Below are positions 1-9,266 of a stretch of 64,000 nucleotides of DNA, piece after piece. The DNA is from Vicinamibacterales bacterium. Its GTDB lineage: Bacteria > Acidobacteriota > Vicinamibacteria > Vicinamibacterales > JAMQPK01. Both the position numbers and the translations under genes were made by a program. Position 1 is the stretch's first letter, and every line of letters begins with the position of its first letter. The stretch spans positions 206,827 through 270,826 of the forward strand of contig CAWHUA010000003.1 of the NCBI GenBank assembly GCA_963832375.1, written 5' to 3'. The notes beneath the pieces are model-generated. The model saw only the letters and a list, made by a program, of their open reading frames with translations, searched no databases and was not told the origin of the DNA.

Positions 1-762
1 TCGGCGACCGAGCTGAAGCCGGCCACGGCGGCAGCCTTCGCTCGGTACGCGCGGCTGACCGAGCAACGCATCGACGCCGAAGTGGCGCGTCCGCGGGAGT
101 TCCTGTGGATAGATACGCTGCCCGCGAACCGGCGAAACGAAATCGTCAAGGGGCTGCAGCAGGGCGGCGTCACCATCGAACGGCTGCAGACACGCGATGG
201 ATCGAAGGACATCGAGGTCTCTGATGGGCTCATCCATCACTGGGTCGGTACGGTCTTCGTTCCGCGCATCACCGTGAAAGACGCCGTGACGCTGATGCAG
301 GACTACGATCGCCACTCCAGCTATTTCGCGCCCGCTATCGCACGCTCGAAGACCCTGGAGCACCACGGCGACCGCTTCCGCGTGGCGTTGCGCTTTCACG
401 TCAAGAAGGTCATTACCGTCACGATGGATACGGAAAACGAGGCGGAGTTCTTCCGCCCCTCCGGCGATCGCGCGCACAGCCGCATCCGCAGCACCAGGAC
501 CACCGAGATCGCCGATGTCGGGACGCCGCAGGAAAAACCGAAACCTGCGGCCGACGAGAACGGCTTCATGTGGAATCTCAACACCTACTGGCGATTCGCG
601 GAGCGCGACGGCGGGACGTATATCCAGTGCGAATCGCTCACGCTTACTCGCGACGTGCCGTTCGCCCTTGCCTGGATCATCCGTCCCATCGTCACGCAGA
701 TGCCGAGGGAATCGCTGACCTTCACCCTGGAAAAGGTACGCCAGGCGCTGGCGCGGCCGTAG
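1..762 (+). CDS. hypothetical protein (5' end lies upstream of the window)
   Basis: Frame 1 is open from base 1 (SATELKPATAAAFARYARLTEQRIDAE...) and runs into the listed 82..762 ORF. No diagnostic motif recognised. Confidence 0.55.
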   Translation, partial: SATELKPATAAAFARYARLTEQRIDAEVARPREFLWIDTLPANRRNEIVKGLQQGGVTIERLQTRDGSKDIEVSDGLIHHWVGTVFVPRITVKDAVTLMQDYDRHSSYFAPAIARSKTLEHHGDRFRVALRFHVKKVITVTMDTENEAEFFRPSGDRAHSRIRSTRTTEIADVGTPQEKPKPAADENGFMWNLNTYWRFAERDGGTYIQCESLTLTRDVPFALAWIIRPIVTQMPRESLTFTLEKVRQALARP

Positions 763-863
763 GTGGGCGATAGGCGATCGTCAACGGTCGATGGGCCATG
801 GTCGATCCGCAAGAGACCATTGCCCGCCGCCTTTTGCCCATCGACCATCGCCCAACCGACGCG

Positions 864-3119
864 TCAGAATCGAACGGCGTAGACCACCCTGAAATTGCGC
901 CCCATCTCGGGCACCACGTCCTTGATCAGGGACAAGTGGTTCCGATACAGCTCGTTCGTCACATTGTCCAGGCGGGCCGTAATCGTCTGCACGGCGCCCG
1001 CGCCGCCGAATGAGTACGAACCGTAGAGCCTCAGCAGCGTGTAGCCGTCGGTCGCTGTTTCGTTCACCGACAGACGATCCTGACTGGCCGCGGCAACGAC
1101 TTGCCCGCCAACCTGCAGCGCGTTGTGCTGATACCGCAGTCCGCCTCGGAATTTGAGCGGCGGGATGCGCGGCAACGGCGAATCTTCGGCTTTCAGCGAC
1201 CCGCGAACGATGTCGAGGCCGAGCTCGGCCGAGAGCGTGGCGGTCAGCTGAAAGTCCGCGTGCGACTCGATGCCGTCCAGCACCGAGTCGGCGCCGACGT
1301 ACTCGATGTAGGCGATCTCCGGTTCCTCGCCTCCGCCCCCTTCACCTTCACCCCCTTCTTCGTCCAGTCCAGCCGGGTCGCGGCCCTCGAACCGTTCGAC
1401 GAACTCATCGTGGCGCGCCTCGAACTCCTCAGCGTCCATCTGACGCCGGAAGATGTAGTCGTTGATGTCATTCCGGAAGTAGGTCACCTCGCCCGATGCG
1501 CGCGCGGCGCGCCACCGCAACGAGAGATCGACGCCCAATGCGCGTTCGGATTTCAGATTCGGATTGCCGACTTCCACGGCGAAGTTGCCGGGATGCAGGC
1601 CGAAGAAGAACAGCTCTTCGAGCGCGGGCGGACGCGCGGCAAAGGCGAAGCTGGCCGCAATCGTCAGACGATCGTCGGCCGCCGCCGGCCGCAACAGCAC
1701 GCCACCGGAAACCGAGCCGTTGGTGAAGTCGCGCCTGGTTTCTCCTGCAGGAGTGTAGGCCGTGTGATCGACGCGGCCGGCGAACTGGAGCGTGACGTGC
1801 GGCCAGGTGACTTCTTCATAGGCGAACGCGGCGAATCCGCCTTGATCGACGGCCGGCGACAACGCCTCGGCGCCTGTGGCCGTGAAGGCGCGGTCGAGCA
1901 CCCATGCACCGATGCTCCCTTTCATGCGGCCGACCGCGCGATGCGAGCCCATCACCTGGAACTCGGTCGTGTTGTTCGTGAACGCCGTGCCGACGTCCAC
2001 GCCCTCGAGCTCTTCGTGCTTGTAGCGGCGGTTGGCCAGCGTGGCACGAAACGCCTCGAATGCGCCCGTCAATCGCTCGGCGCCCGCGCGAAAGGTCAGC
2101 GCGTGCCGCCGCGGCGTGAGTTGAATGACGCCACCCTCGACGACCGGAATCCCGTACTTCGTGTCGTCGTATCCGTAGCTGCCGCCGACCTGCGCCTTCT
2201 CGCCGGTCCATCCGGCGCCGACCGTGGCAAATCCGTTTCGCGATTGCGAGTTCGTCACGTCGCCTTCCGGCGTGGTGAAATCGTCCGACCGGCGGCCTCC
2301 GCCGCCCACATTGACGGCGAATCTGCCGTTGCCCAGGTGAACCTGTCCGGCGCCGCCGCCTTCGTTGGCTGCGGTTCCCGCGTCGAACGTCACCTGGCCC
2401 GACGATCGCTGAACGGGTCGCGTCGGAATGTCGTTGGTGATGACGTTTACCAGGCCGCCGATCGCGTTCGCGCCATAGAGTAAGGTCGCGGGGCCGCGTA
2501 CCACTTCGATGGTCTCCGCGGCGGCCGGATTGAGGCTCACGCCGTGGTCGCCCGACTGGCTCGACAGGTCGCCGGTGCGCTGGCCGTCCTGCAGAATCAG
2601 TACCCTGTCGCCGTCGAGACCGCGGATGACCGGCCGCGAAGGCGCCGGTCCGAAGCTGCGGACCGCCACGCCGGGCAATGTCTCGAGCGTCGCCCCGAGC
2701 GAGCTTTCGAGCTGCTTGCTCAGCTCCTGGCCGGCGAGCACGGAGGTCGGCTGCATGACGTCGAACTGGCTGCGCGTATCGGCGCTGACCGACGTCACCT
2801 CCTGGAAGTGCAGATCGGGATCGACGCGAACGTCGACCGAGGCGCGATCGGTCGACACGGCGACTTCGGTCCGGCGGCTCGAATACCCCTGCGTCCGGAC
2901 CGATATGTGATAGCGGCCGGGCGCCAGCGGGTCGAACCGGAACGAGCCATCGGGTGCGGAAATCGTTTCGGTCTTGAGCTCCTCGAGCACCACCGTTGCC
3001 CCTGCGATTGGATCGCCGGACAGCGAGTTCAGCAACCGGCCCTCCAGCGCAGAAGTAGGCTGAGCCGACGCAGACGCGGCGAACGCAAGCATCAACGCAA
3101 ATAAAAACGAGCGTTTCAT
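864..3119 (-). CDS. TonB-dependent receptor-like outer-membrane protein with N-terminal carboxypeptidase-regulatory-like domain
   Basis: 751-aa ORF with signal peptide MKRSFLFALMLAFAASASAQ. N-terminal beta-sandwich-like GRLLNSLSGDPIAGATVVL...GRYHISV and plug-like IEVVRGPATLLYGANAIGGLVNVIT. Ends ...VVYAVRF (aromatic C-terminus typical of barrels). Confidence 0.85.
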   Translation of the reverse strand: MKRSFLFALMLAFAASASAQPTSALEGRLLNSLSGDPIAGATVVLEELKTETISAPDGSFRFDPLAPGRYHISVRTQGYSSRRTEVAVSTDRASVDVRVDPDLHFQEVTSVSADTRSQFDVMQPTSVLAGQELSKQLESSLGATLETLPGVAVRSFGPAPSRPVIRGLDGDRVLILQDGQRTGDLSSQSGDHGVSLNPAAAETIEVVRGPATLLYGANAIGGLVNVITNDIPTRPVQRSSGQVTFDAGTAANEGGGAGQVHLGNGRFAVNVGGGGRRSDDFTTPEGDVTNSQSRNGFATVGAGWTGEKAQVGGSYGYDDTKYGIPVVEGGVIQLTPRRHALTFRAGAERLTGAFEAFRATLANRRYKHEELEGVDVGTAFTNNTTEFQVMGSHRAVGRMKGSIGAWVLDRAFTATGAEALSPAVDQGGFAAFAYEEVTWPHVTLQFAGRVDHTAYTPAGETRRDFTNGSVSGGVLLRPAAADDRLTIAASFAFAARPPALEELFFFGLHPGNFAVEVGNPNLKSERALGVDLSLRWRAARASGEVTYFRNDINDYIFRRQMDAEEFEARHDEFVERFEGRDPAGLDEEGGEGEGGGGEEPEIAYIEYVGADSVLDGIESHADFQLTATLSAELGLDIVRGSLKAEDSPLPRIPPLKFRGGLRYQHNALQVGGQVVAAASQDRLSVNETATDGYTLLRLYGSYSFGGAGAVQTITARLDNVTNELYRNHLSLIKDVVPEMGRNFRVVYAVRF

Positions 3120-3234
3120 GTCACACCTTCTCAGTTGGAATGTGAATGACGAGACTGGACGTCAGGACAACGCGAGCGATCGCAGAACGCGCCGCGACGT
3201 CACCTGACGCTCCAATTCCGAAACCGAAGAAGGG

Positions 3235-3648
3235 CTAAACGGGAGGCGCGCGCCCAGGGATGAGCGTCCATTCGACCGTGCTCGCACGATGGATGGATGC
3301 GGCCTGGAGCTGCCGAGCGCGGGGCGCTGGAACGTAGAGTTCGAATTCCTCGAACGCCGGATGGAACGAACGCAGCGAGTGACAGAGGAAGCAGTGGTCG
3401 GTGTGGTGCTGTTCCGGTGCGGGATTGGCTGCGAAGTGGTGGGCACGTGCGTCGTGCGCAACCGCGACCGGGCTGCACGCCGGATCTGCTGCCCCGTCGG
3501 TATGCGGCAGCGAAACCATGCCCGCACCGAAACTGGCGAGCAGGGTGATGACGACACCGGCCCGGCGAATCCACGACTTCTCGCGGAACATTCGAGCCAG
3601 CTTAGCGACCACCCACAGCACTGTCAACCATGTGCACACTTGTGACAC
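3235..3648 (-). CDS. small His/Cys-rich membrane-anchored protein (start may be Met at 3591)
   Basis: One hydrophobic segment (AGVVITLLASFGAGMV), then a His/Cys-rich tail (HHFAANPAPEQHHTDHCFLCHSLRSFH). Sits directly upstream of the TonB-dependent receptor on the same strand. Confidence 0.45.
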   Translation of the reverse strand: MSQVCTWLTVLWVVAKLARMFREKSWIRRAGVVITLLASFGAGMVSLPHTDGAADPACSPVAVAHDARAHHFAANPAPEQHHTDHCFLCHSLRSFHPAFEEFELYVPAPRARQLQAASIHRASTVEWTLIPGRAPPV

Positions 3649-3663
3649 ACCGGCGCTGACTGA

Positions 3664-4569
3664 TTACGCCCGTAGACGGAGCGCTGCCTGGTGTATCCGT
3701 ACGGACAGCATGTCGCCGCCTTGAACAGCTTCTCCATCCACGTGGAACAGCATCGGGCTCTTCGACCGAATGATGAGCTCGCGGACCTTCTCCGATCGAA
3801 CGCCTGCGCGTCGATCCACGCTGCCTGTGAACAACGATGGCACCCTCACGATGTTGCCCACCAACCCCCGATCTTCAATGGCGATCAGGTCGAGCATGCC
3901 ATCGTCGAGGTGCGCGGCGGGCGCGATTTGCGCTCCGAAGCCATACTGTTTCGAGTTGGCGAGCGCGATGACTATCGACTTCACATGTTCGGTGCGATTC
4001 TCGAACTCGAGTGTGTAGTCCTCCGGGGTGTATCGAACGAGATCGCCGAAGCTCGCCGTGAGATACGGCAGCAGGCCACGACCGTGCACGCGAGTCGAGA
4101 CGAGGGCCGCCACGTGCGCGTCGAGCCCGACGCCGGCCACGTTGAAAAACAGGCGCTGGCCGATCTCGCCGGCGTCAATGAATCGTGGTGACGCCCGCAC
4201 GGCGCGCTCAATCGCGAGCGCCGGATCGAATGGAATCTTCAGCTCCCGGGCGAGCCCGTTACCGGATCCTCCGGGGACGATGCCAAGAGCCGAGGCGGAC
4301 GCGCTGCCTGCTGCTTCGCGCTGCACCAGCGCGCGCCCGACCTCGTTGATCGTCCCGTCGCCGCCCCAGGCCACCACGAGCTCCGCGCCCGAAAGCACGG
4401 CGTCGCTGGCCAGATCGTGGGCATGCCCGGCGCGTTCGGTGAGATGGACCTCCCCCGTCACGCCAAGCCGGTCGAGCGTTCGGCGAGCGAGCTCCACCCT
4501 CGCGGGGCCACGGCCGCGGCGGGCGGGCCCTGAGATCGGGTTGATGATGATGACGACGGTCGCGGGCAT
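3664..4569 (-). CDS. diacylglycerol/lipid kinase family protein (YegS/BmrU-like)
   Basis: IIINPISG... and VAWGGDGTINEV and LGIVPGGSGNGLAREL motifs of the DAGK catalytic domain. ATG at 4569. Confidence 0.85.
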   Translation of the reverse strand: MPATVVIIINPISGPARRGRGPARVELARRTLDRLGVTGEVHLTERAGHAHDLASDAVLSGAELVVAWGGDGTINEVGRALVQREAAGSASASALGIVPGGSGNGLARELKIPFDPALAIERAVRASPRFIDAGEIGQRLFFNVAGVGLDAHVAALVSTRVHGRGLLPYLTASFGDLVRYTPEDYTLEFENRTEHVKSIVIALANSKQYGFGAQIAPAAHLDDGMLDLIAIEDRGLVGNIVRVPSLFTGSVDRRAGVRSEKVRELIIRSKSPMLFHVDGEAVQGGDMLSVRIHQAALRLRA

Positions 4570-4679
4570 GAGAAGTCGACAGTCTACAGTCGATGCGTCG
4601 CTAGTCGACAGTCGAGTCGCACGTCACGCTGCCTGGACCGTGAACTGACAACTGAGAACTGTGAACTGAAAACTGAGAA
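4570..4679. repeat. intergenic simple-sequence 'word' block (AGTCGACAGTC words, then GTGAACTGA / CTGAGAAC words)
   Basis: 110-nt spacer between the PHP gene stop and the lipid kinase start, made almost entirely of reiterated 6-11-nt words. The minus strand reads GTTCTCAGTTTTCAGTTC, an 18-mer also found at 30349-30366 (+). Confidence 0.7.
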
Positions 4680-5420
4680 CTAACACGGTTCGCGCCGGAA
4701 TAACGTAATCGCGATGTCGACGTTGGCCTTGAGGGCGGCTTTGACGGCGGGCCACGTCTTGGCGGACTTCACCAGCGTCTTCCACGAGTAGAGGTGTTTC
4801 GGCTTGTGGAAATCGCTGTTGGCGACATACGGATAGTGTTTGAGGCTGGTCACGGAAAACAGATCGTCGCGGTTCGCGGCCTCCCAGACGTCGACGAGTG
4901 CGGCGAGCTCCTTGCGATGGTCCCACAGATGGCACGTCCCGATTTCCATCCTGGTGGTCGTCCGGTGATGGGGATGACACGCGATGCTGATCGCGTCCTG
5001 CCGCCGGATCTCTTCGAGAATCTCCCTCGCCTTCAGGTCGGCGCTGATGAACTTCTTGAGGCCCAGCGCCACGATGTGCGAATTATGTTTCGCGCGCAGA
5101 TAATTCTGCGTGACCTCGGCGCCCGGCACGACGAGCATGCCGTACTGCCGTCTGGCCCGCGCGGCCTCCTTCTCGATGTCGGCCATGTAGTCGTCGAAGC
5201 TTTCGGGCGTCACCGAGAACTTCCGGTTGCCGAGCGTCGCGATGCGGCCGATGCGCGCCAGCAGATCCTTCTTGCAGAGGATGTGATCGGTAATCGCGAG
5301 CACGTCGAACTTTCCCGTCTGACCGTAGAGATCGACCACTTCACGAAGCGTGAGACGGCCGTCGCTCCACGTCGTATGCACGTGGAAGTCGCAGAGCAGG
5401 TAAGGTTCGTATCCAGGCAT
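4680..5420 (-). CDS. PHP-domain metal-dependent phosphoesterase
   Basis: N-terminal CDFHVHTTWSDGRL and AITDH motifs, later CHPHH; 246 aa. Confidence 0.8.
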   Translation of the reverse strand: MPGYEPYLLCDFHVHTTWSDGRLTLREVVDLYGQTGKFDVLAITDHILCKKDLLARIGRIATLGNRKFSVTPESFDDYMADIEKEAARARRQYGMLVVPGAEVTQNYLRAKHNSHIVALGLKKFISADLKAREILEEIRRQDAISIACHPHHRTTTRMEIGTCHLWDHRKELAALVDVWEAANRDDLFSVTSLKHYPYVANSDFHKPKHLYSWKTLVKSAKTWPAVKAALKANVDIAITLFRREPC

Positions 5421-5425
5421 GAGAT

Positions 5426-6154
5426 TTAGGTGCGCACGTCCTCGTGAACGGTATCGGACGGCCGATGAAGAAAAATTTCTGCGCAGAAGTTCCTGACGTA
5501 GAGGCCGAACACCTTGCCGCGCCCCATGGTCTTGTAGCGGCGCGCCGAGGTGAACACCCAGCAGTCCTGCTTCAGTCGGACGCGACCGGCTTTCGAGACT
5601 CGCCGCGCCAGGTTGGTGTCTTCGCCGTGGAACTCGATCGTCGTGTCGAATCCGCCGATGGCCGCCAGTGCCTGCCGGGTCACCGCGAAGTTGCCTCCGT
5701 ACAGCACAGCGCCGAGGCCAAAGACGTATTGCGCCAGCAGGTGCGTGGCCGGCGCGAGGCTGTAGTCGTACATCCGGATGAGCACTCGTCCGATGAGATC
5801 CCAGTCGTAGAAGCGATAGGGTCCTGTCACGGCGACGGGCGGAGTCGGACCTTCGAACTCGCGCGCGATCCGCCGCAGCCAGTCGCGCGGCGCACGGCAG
5901 TCCGCATCAACGTAGACCAGCACGTCGCCGGTGGACACCTGGCGTCCGGTCTCGCGGGCGATGACCAGGCCCTTTCGAGGCTCGTCCACGACGCGGATAC
6001 CGGGCATGGAGGCAACCGCCGCTGTGCGATCCGTGCTGGCATTGTTGATGACGATGATTTCCGACGGCGGGAACGATTGCTGAAGCAGCGTGTGGAGACA
6101 ACCAGGTAGCAGTTGCTCTTCGTTGTAGGCGCAGACAATAACAGTGAACGTCAC
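5426..6154 (-). CDS. family 2 glycosyltransferase
   Basis: VIVCAYNEEQLL, INNASTDRT and YVDADC (DxD) motifs; GTG start. Confidence 0.85.
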   Translation of the reverse strand: MTFTVIVCAYNEEQLLPGCLHTLLQQSFPPSEIIVINNASTDRTAAVASMPGIRVVDEPRKGLVIARETGRQVSTGDVLVYVDADCRAPRDWLRRIAREFEGPTPPVAVTGPYRFYDWDLIGRVLIRMYDYSLAPATHLLAQYVFGLGAVLYGGNFAVTRQALAAIGGFDTTIEFHGEDTNLARRVSKAGRVRLKQDCWVFTSARRYKTMGRGKVFGLYVRNFCAEIFLHRPSDTVHEDVRT

Positions 6155-6286
6155 AGCGGCGGCTCACTTTCTCTCACCACCACTATGAGGAACCGGCCTG
6201 ACGGTCCGGTCGCGCGACTGTAACGTCGGAGTTAAACCTTGGTCCGCGCCCGATGAACGCGACGAGTAGTCCCGGCGCAGGCAGAC

Positions 6287-7051
6287 TTACAGACGGAACA
6301 GAAGCGAAAACGCCATCGTGAACCCGACGGCGATGACAATTCTGCGCACACCCTTCGGACCGATGCGGCGGGCCATGCCCGCTCCCCACACGCCACCGGC
6401 AATGGCGCCCACCGCCATCACCAGCGTATGAGGCCACGAGACCATCCCGTTCCAGATGAAGTACCCGGCGGCGACGCCGTTGATGCACAGCGCGAGAAAT
6501 GTCTTGAGGCCGTTCATCTGATGGATGTCGGTGAATCCCATGATGCCGAACGCGGCGAGCATGAGGATGCCGATCCCCGCGCCGAAGTAGCCGCCATACA
6601 CCGAGACGAAAAACTGAAAGACGAGCGCGCCGAGCAGCCAGTTCGTCGATCCGGCGTGCGTCTTCCCCGTCGTCTTGATGAGCCGCTGCACGGGCTCCTG
6701 CAGCATGAAGAGCACGGTCGCGAACACGATCAGCAGCGGAATCAGCCGATCGAAGACGTCGGTTGGCGTCAGCACCATGAGCACGGCGCCCACCATGCCG
6801 CCCACGAGGCTCGGACCGATCAGCATGTAACTCGATTTCGGCACGCCTTCCAGATCACGGCGGTATCCCCACATCCCGCCCAGCGAGCCGGGCCAGATCG
6901 CCACCGTGCTGGTCGCGTTCGCAATCGTCGAGGGCAACCCGAGCCAGACGAGCGAGGGAAACGTGAGCAGCGTGCCGCCGCCGGCAACCGCGTTGATGGC
7001 GCCGGCCACGAAGGCGGCGAGGAAGACGACTGGAAAGGACACCCGACACAT
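6287..7051 (-). CDS. TauE/SafE (DUF81) family anion exporter
   Basis: 254-aa polytopic membrane protein with two Gly-rich repeats (AGAINAVAGGGTLLTFP ... GGYFGAGIGILML). Confidence 0.8.
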   Translation of the reverse strand: MCRVSFPVVFLAAFVAGAINAVAGGGTLLTFPSLVWLGLPSTIANATSTVAIWPGSLGGMWGYRRDLEGVPKSSYMLIGPSLVGGMVGAVLMVLTPTDVFDRLIPLLIVFATVLFMLQEPVQRLIKTTGKTHAGSTNWLLGALVFQFFVSVYGGYFGAGIGILMLAAFGIMGFTDIHQMNGLKTFLALCINGVAAGYFIWNGMVSWPHTLVMAVGAIAGGVWGAGMARRIGPKGVRRIVIAVGFTMAFSLLFRL

Positions 7052-7056
7052 TCTAT

Positions 7057-7145
7057 AGGTGCGTTGGGTGCGTTAGGTGCGTTGGGCCTGCCGCGCCAAA
7101 GCGACGGGAACGGCGGCGCGAAGGCGGGGTGCGTTAGGTGCGAGG
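7057..7145. repeat. 9-nt tandem words GGTGCGTT(G/A) in the kinase-tauE spacer
   Basis: AGGTGCGTTGGGTGCGTTAGGTGCGTTGGG at 7057-7086, repeated as GGGTGCGTTAGGTGCGAGG at 7127-7145 overlapping the kinase stop codon. Confidence 0.7.
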
Positions 7146-8606
7146 ATCGAGCAACGCCGTCGTCGTGGCCGGTTCCATCAGCACCGCGGCCAGCATGATG
7201 CCGGCGGCGAGCGCGAGCGTCAGCACCGCGGTCAGCGGCCACTGTGATGCCAGCAGGAGCGCATCGACGCTCAACAGCGTGGCCAGCAGACCATCGGTGA
7301 AGAGCCGTACCCGGCGCGTCCTGGAAAGCTCGTCTGGCAGGTGCGACCGGTTCATCGCGTCGGTAAAGACGAGATGGCCGCGAACGATGCCACCCACTGA
7401 GGCGGCAATGCCCATCACGACGAACACCCAGAGCGACGTCGGGATGCGCAACCACTCCTTGATCTGCCATGCGTGTGCCATCGCGACGATGTAAAGACCG
7501 ATCGCCACGACCTGATGCGTGCGCCACCACGTGCTGCTGCGCACCGTCGGCGGCTCGACGATCGCCGGATGGTCCAGCGCGTACAGCAGCTCGGACGCAG
7601 ACGCGTACCGATCGTTGACCGACTTCCGCAGACACCGGTCGATGACATTCGACAGCCACGCCGGGACGGTTGCCACCGTCGTCAGCGGGTCCGGGTTACT
7701 GTCGAGCACGCGAGCCAGCGTGGCCAGCGGCGAGCCGGCCAGGAATGGATGACGGCCCGAGATCCACTCGTACATCAGCACCCCGAACGCAAAGACGTCG
7801 GCGCCGGGACCGGCCGTCCGCCCTTCGATCTGTTCGGGAGACATGTAGGCGGGAGTGCCGGCGATGGCGCCCGGGAGCGACGCGGTCAGCGTCGCGGCAA
7901 TGCCGCCGGGCCCGGTCTCGACGCGCGCGAGGCCGAAGTCCAGGATCTTGATGCGGCCGTCCGCCGTGCGCATCACGTTTTCCGGCTTGAGGTCGCGATG
8001 CGTCACGCCTTTGCCGTGGGCGCCCGCCAGTGCCGAGGCGAGATCGCGCGCCGTGGCCAGGATCGTCTCGAGCGACGGTCGCGTGGTGCCGATCTCTTCG
8101 CGCATCGTGTGCCCTTCGACGAACTCGGAGGCGATGTACAGCTCGCCATCGAGCTCCTCGAGCGCAAACACCGTGCAGATCCCCGGATGGGTGAGGAGCG
8201 CGGCCGCGCGCGCTTCCCGGCGCAGCCGATCGCGATGCGAGGCGTCGCGCGTCAGCTCGGGCGGCAGCGACTTCAACGCAACCGTGCGGCCGAGCCGGCC
8301 GTCCGACGCCAGATACACGCGTCCCATGCCGCCCCGCCCGATTTCGCCGACCACCGTGTAGGGACCGAGCTCCGTACCCGGCGCGATCGCGCGATCCTCC
8401 TCGAGGAGCTGAGGAACGGCTTCGGCCACGGGCTGCGCGAGAAACGACCCCGCGCGCGAATGATGGTCGAGCAGCGACCGCACCTCCGCACGCACCAGCG
8501 AGTCATCGGCGGCCGCCTCGTTGAGCCAGCGATGGAGGTCTGCGGGCTCCTGCTCGACCGCCGCCTCGAACAGATCCCGCGCGCGTCGTCGCTGTTCCGG
8601 CGTCAT
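7134..8606 (-). CDS. Ser/Thr protein kinase with C-terminal multi-pass membrane region
   Basis: Hanks kinase motifs GRGGMGRVY, VALKSL, HRDLKPENV, DFGLAR, GTPAYMSPE, followed by several hydrophobic helices. Confidence 0.9.
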   Translation of the reverse strand: MTPEQRRRARDLFEAAVEQEPADLHRWLNEAAADDSLVRAEVRSLLDHHSRAGSFLAQPVAEAVPQLLEEDRAIAPGTELGPYTVVGEIGRGGMGRVYLASDGRLGRTVALKSLPPELTRDASHRDRLRREARAAALLTHPGICTVFALEELDGELYIASEFVEGHTMREEIGTTRPSLETILATARDLASALAGAHGKGVTHRDLKPENVMRTADGRIKILDFGLARVETGPGGIAATLTASLPGAIAGTPAYMSPEQIEGRTAGPGADVFAFGVLMYEWISGRHPFLAGSPLATLARVLDSNPDPLTTVATVPAWLSNVIDRCLRKSVNDRYASASELLYALDHPAIVEPPTVRSSTWWRTHQVVAIGLYIVAMAHAWQIKEWLRIPTSLWVFVVMGIAASVGGIVRGHLVFTDAMNRSHLPDELSRTRRVRLFTDGLLATLLSVDALLLASQWPLTAVLTLALAAGIMLAAVLMEPATTTALLDPRT

Positions 8607-8643
8607 ACGGAGCCTGGCGCGCCGAAGCCGTGGCGAAGGCGGC

Positions 8644-9162
8644 TCATTGCGACAGCTCCCGGAACAGCCACGCGCGCGCCAGCGCCCATCGCCGCTTCAA
8701 GGTGGCTGGTGACATACCCATGACGTCCGCGGCTTCCTCGACGCTCATACCCGCGAAGTACCGGAGCTCGACGATTTTCGCCTGCTCGGCGTCGACCTGT
8801 TCGAGCCGGGTGATGGCCTCGTCGAGCGCCGGCAGCATCGTCTCGGGATCGGACGCCAGTTGGAGCGAATCGGTGATCGACACGCGATTCATCCCGCCCC
8901 ATCGTTTCTGTGCGCCGCGCGAGCGTGCCCGCTCCACGAGGATCTGCCTCATGGAACGGGCGGCGATGCCGATGAAATGTTTCTGATCGTGCCAGGGCGT
9001 CCCCGCCTGGGCGAGACGCAGGTAGGCCTCGTGGACGAGCGCCGTCGCCTGAATGGTTTGTCCCGGCCGCTCGCGGCGCATGTAGGCGGCGGCGACGCGG
9101 CGCAACTCGTCGTAGACGACGGGCGCCACGTCTTCCGCCTTGGGCGGTCTGTCTTTGGACAT
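8644..9162 (-). CDS. ECF-type RNA polymerase sigma factor (kinase-associated type)
   Basis: Region 2 (ATALVHEAYLRL) and region 4 HTH (ELRYFAGMSVEEAADVMGMSPATLKRRWALARAWL). Start placed at MSKDRPP (9162) because the longer ORF runs into the 9183-9255 palindrome. Confidence 0.85.
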   Translation of the reverse strand: MSKDRPPKAEDVAPVVYDELRRVAAAYMRRERPGQTIQATALVHEAYLRLAQAGTPWHDQKHFIGIAARSMRQILVERARSRGAQKRWGGMNRVSITDSLQLASDPETMLPALDEAITRLEQVDAEQAKIVELRYFAGMSVEEAADVMGMSPATLKRRWALARAWLFRELSQ

Positions 9163-9182
9163 TCGGCGTGTGAAAACAATTT

Positions 9183-9255
9183 CGGGATAAATGGGGTCGG
9201 GTGCAATTTTCGACCAGGCCAAGAGCGAAAATTGCACCCGACCCCATTTATCCCG
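9183..9255. terminator. perfect 30-bp-arm inverted repeat, likely bidirectional intrinsic terminator
   Basis: CGGGATAAATGGGGTCGGGTGCAATTTTCG (9183-9212), a 13-nt loop, then the exact reverse complement (9226-9255). Lies 11 nt downstream of the malate synthase-like stop. Confidence 0.7.
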
Positions 9256-9266
9256 GAACCGTTTCT

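Noticed and set aside
1101-2483. 460-aa plus-strand ORF (and many shorter ones) opposite the TonB-dependent receptor gene
   Set aside because: Arg/Ala/Gly-rich composition with no motifs. This is the typical stop-free antisense frame of a GC-rich gene, and the minus-strand product has clear receptor features.
9163-9237. Longer N-terminus (MQFSLLAWSKIAPDPIYPE...) for the ECF sigma factor
   Set aside because: These codons are the arm of the perfect palindrome, and the opposite strand gives the mirror peptide. The sigma homology starts after MSKDRPP.
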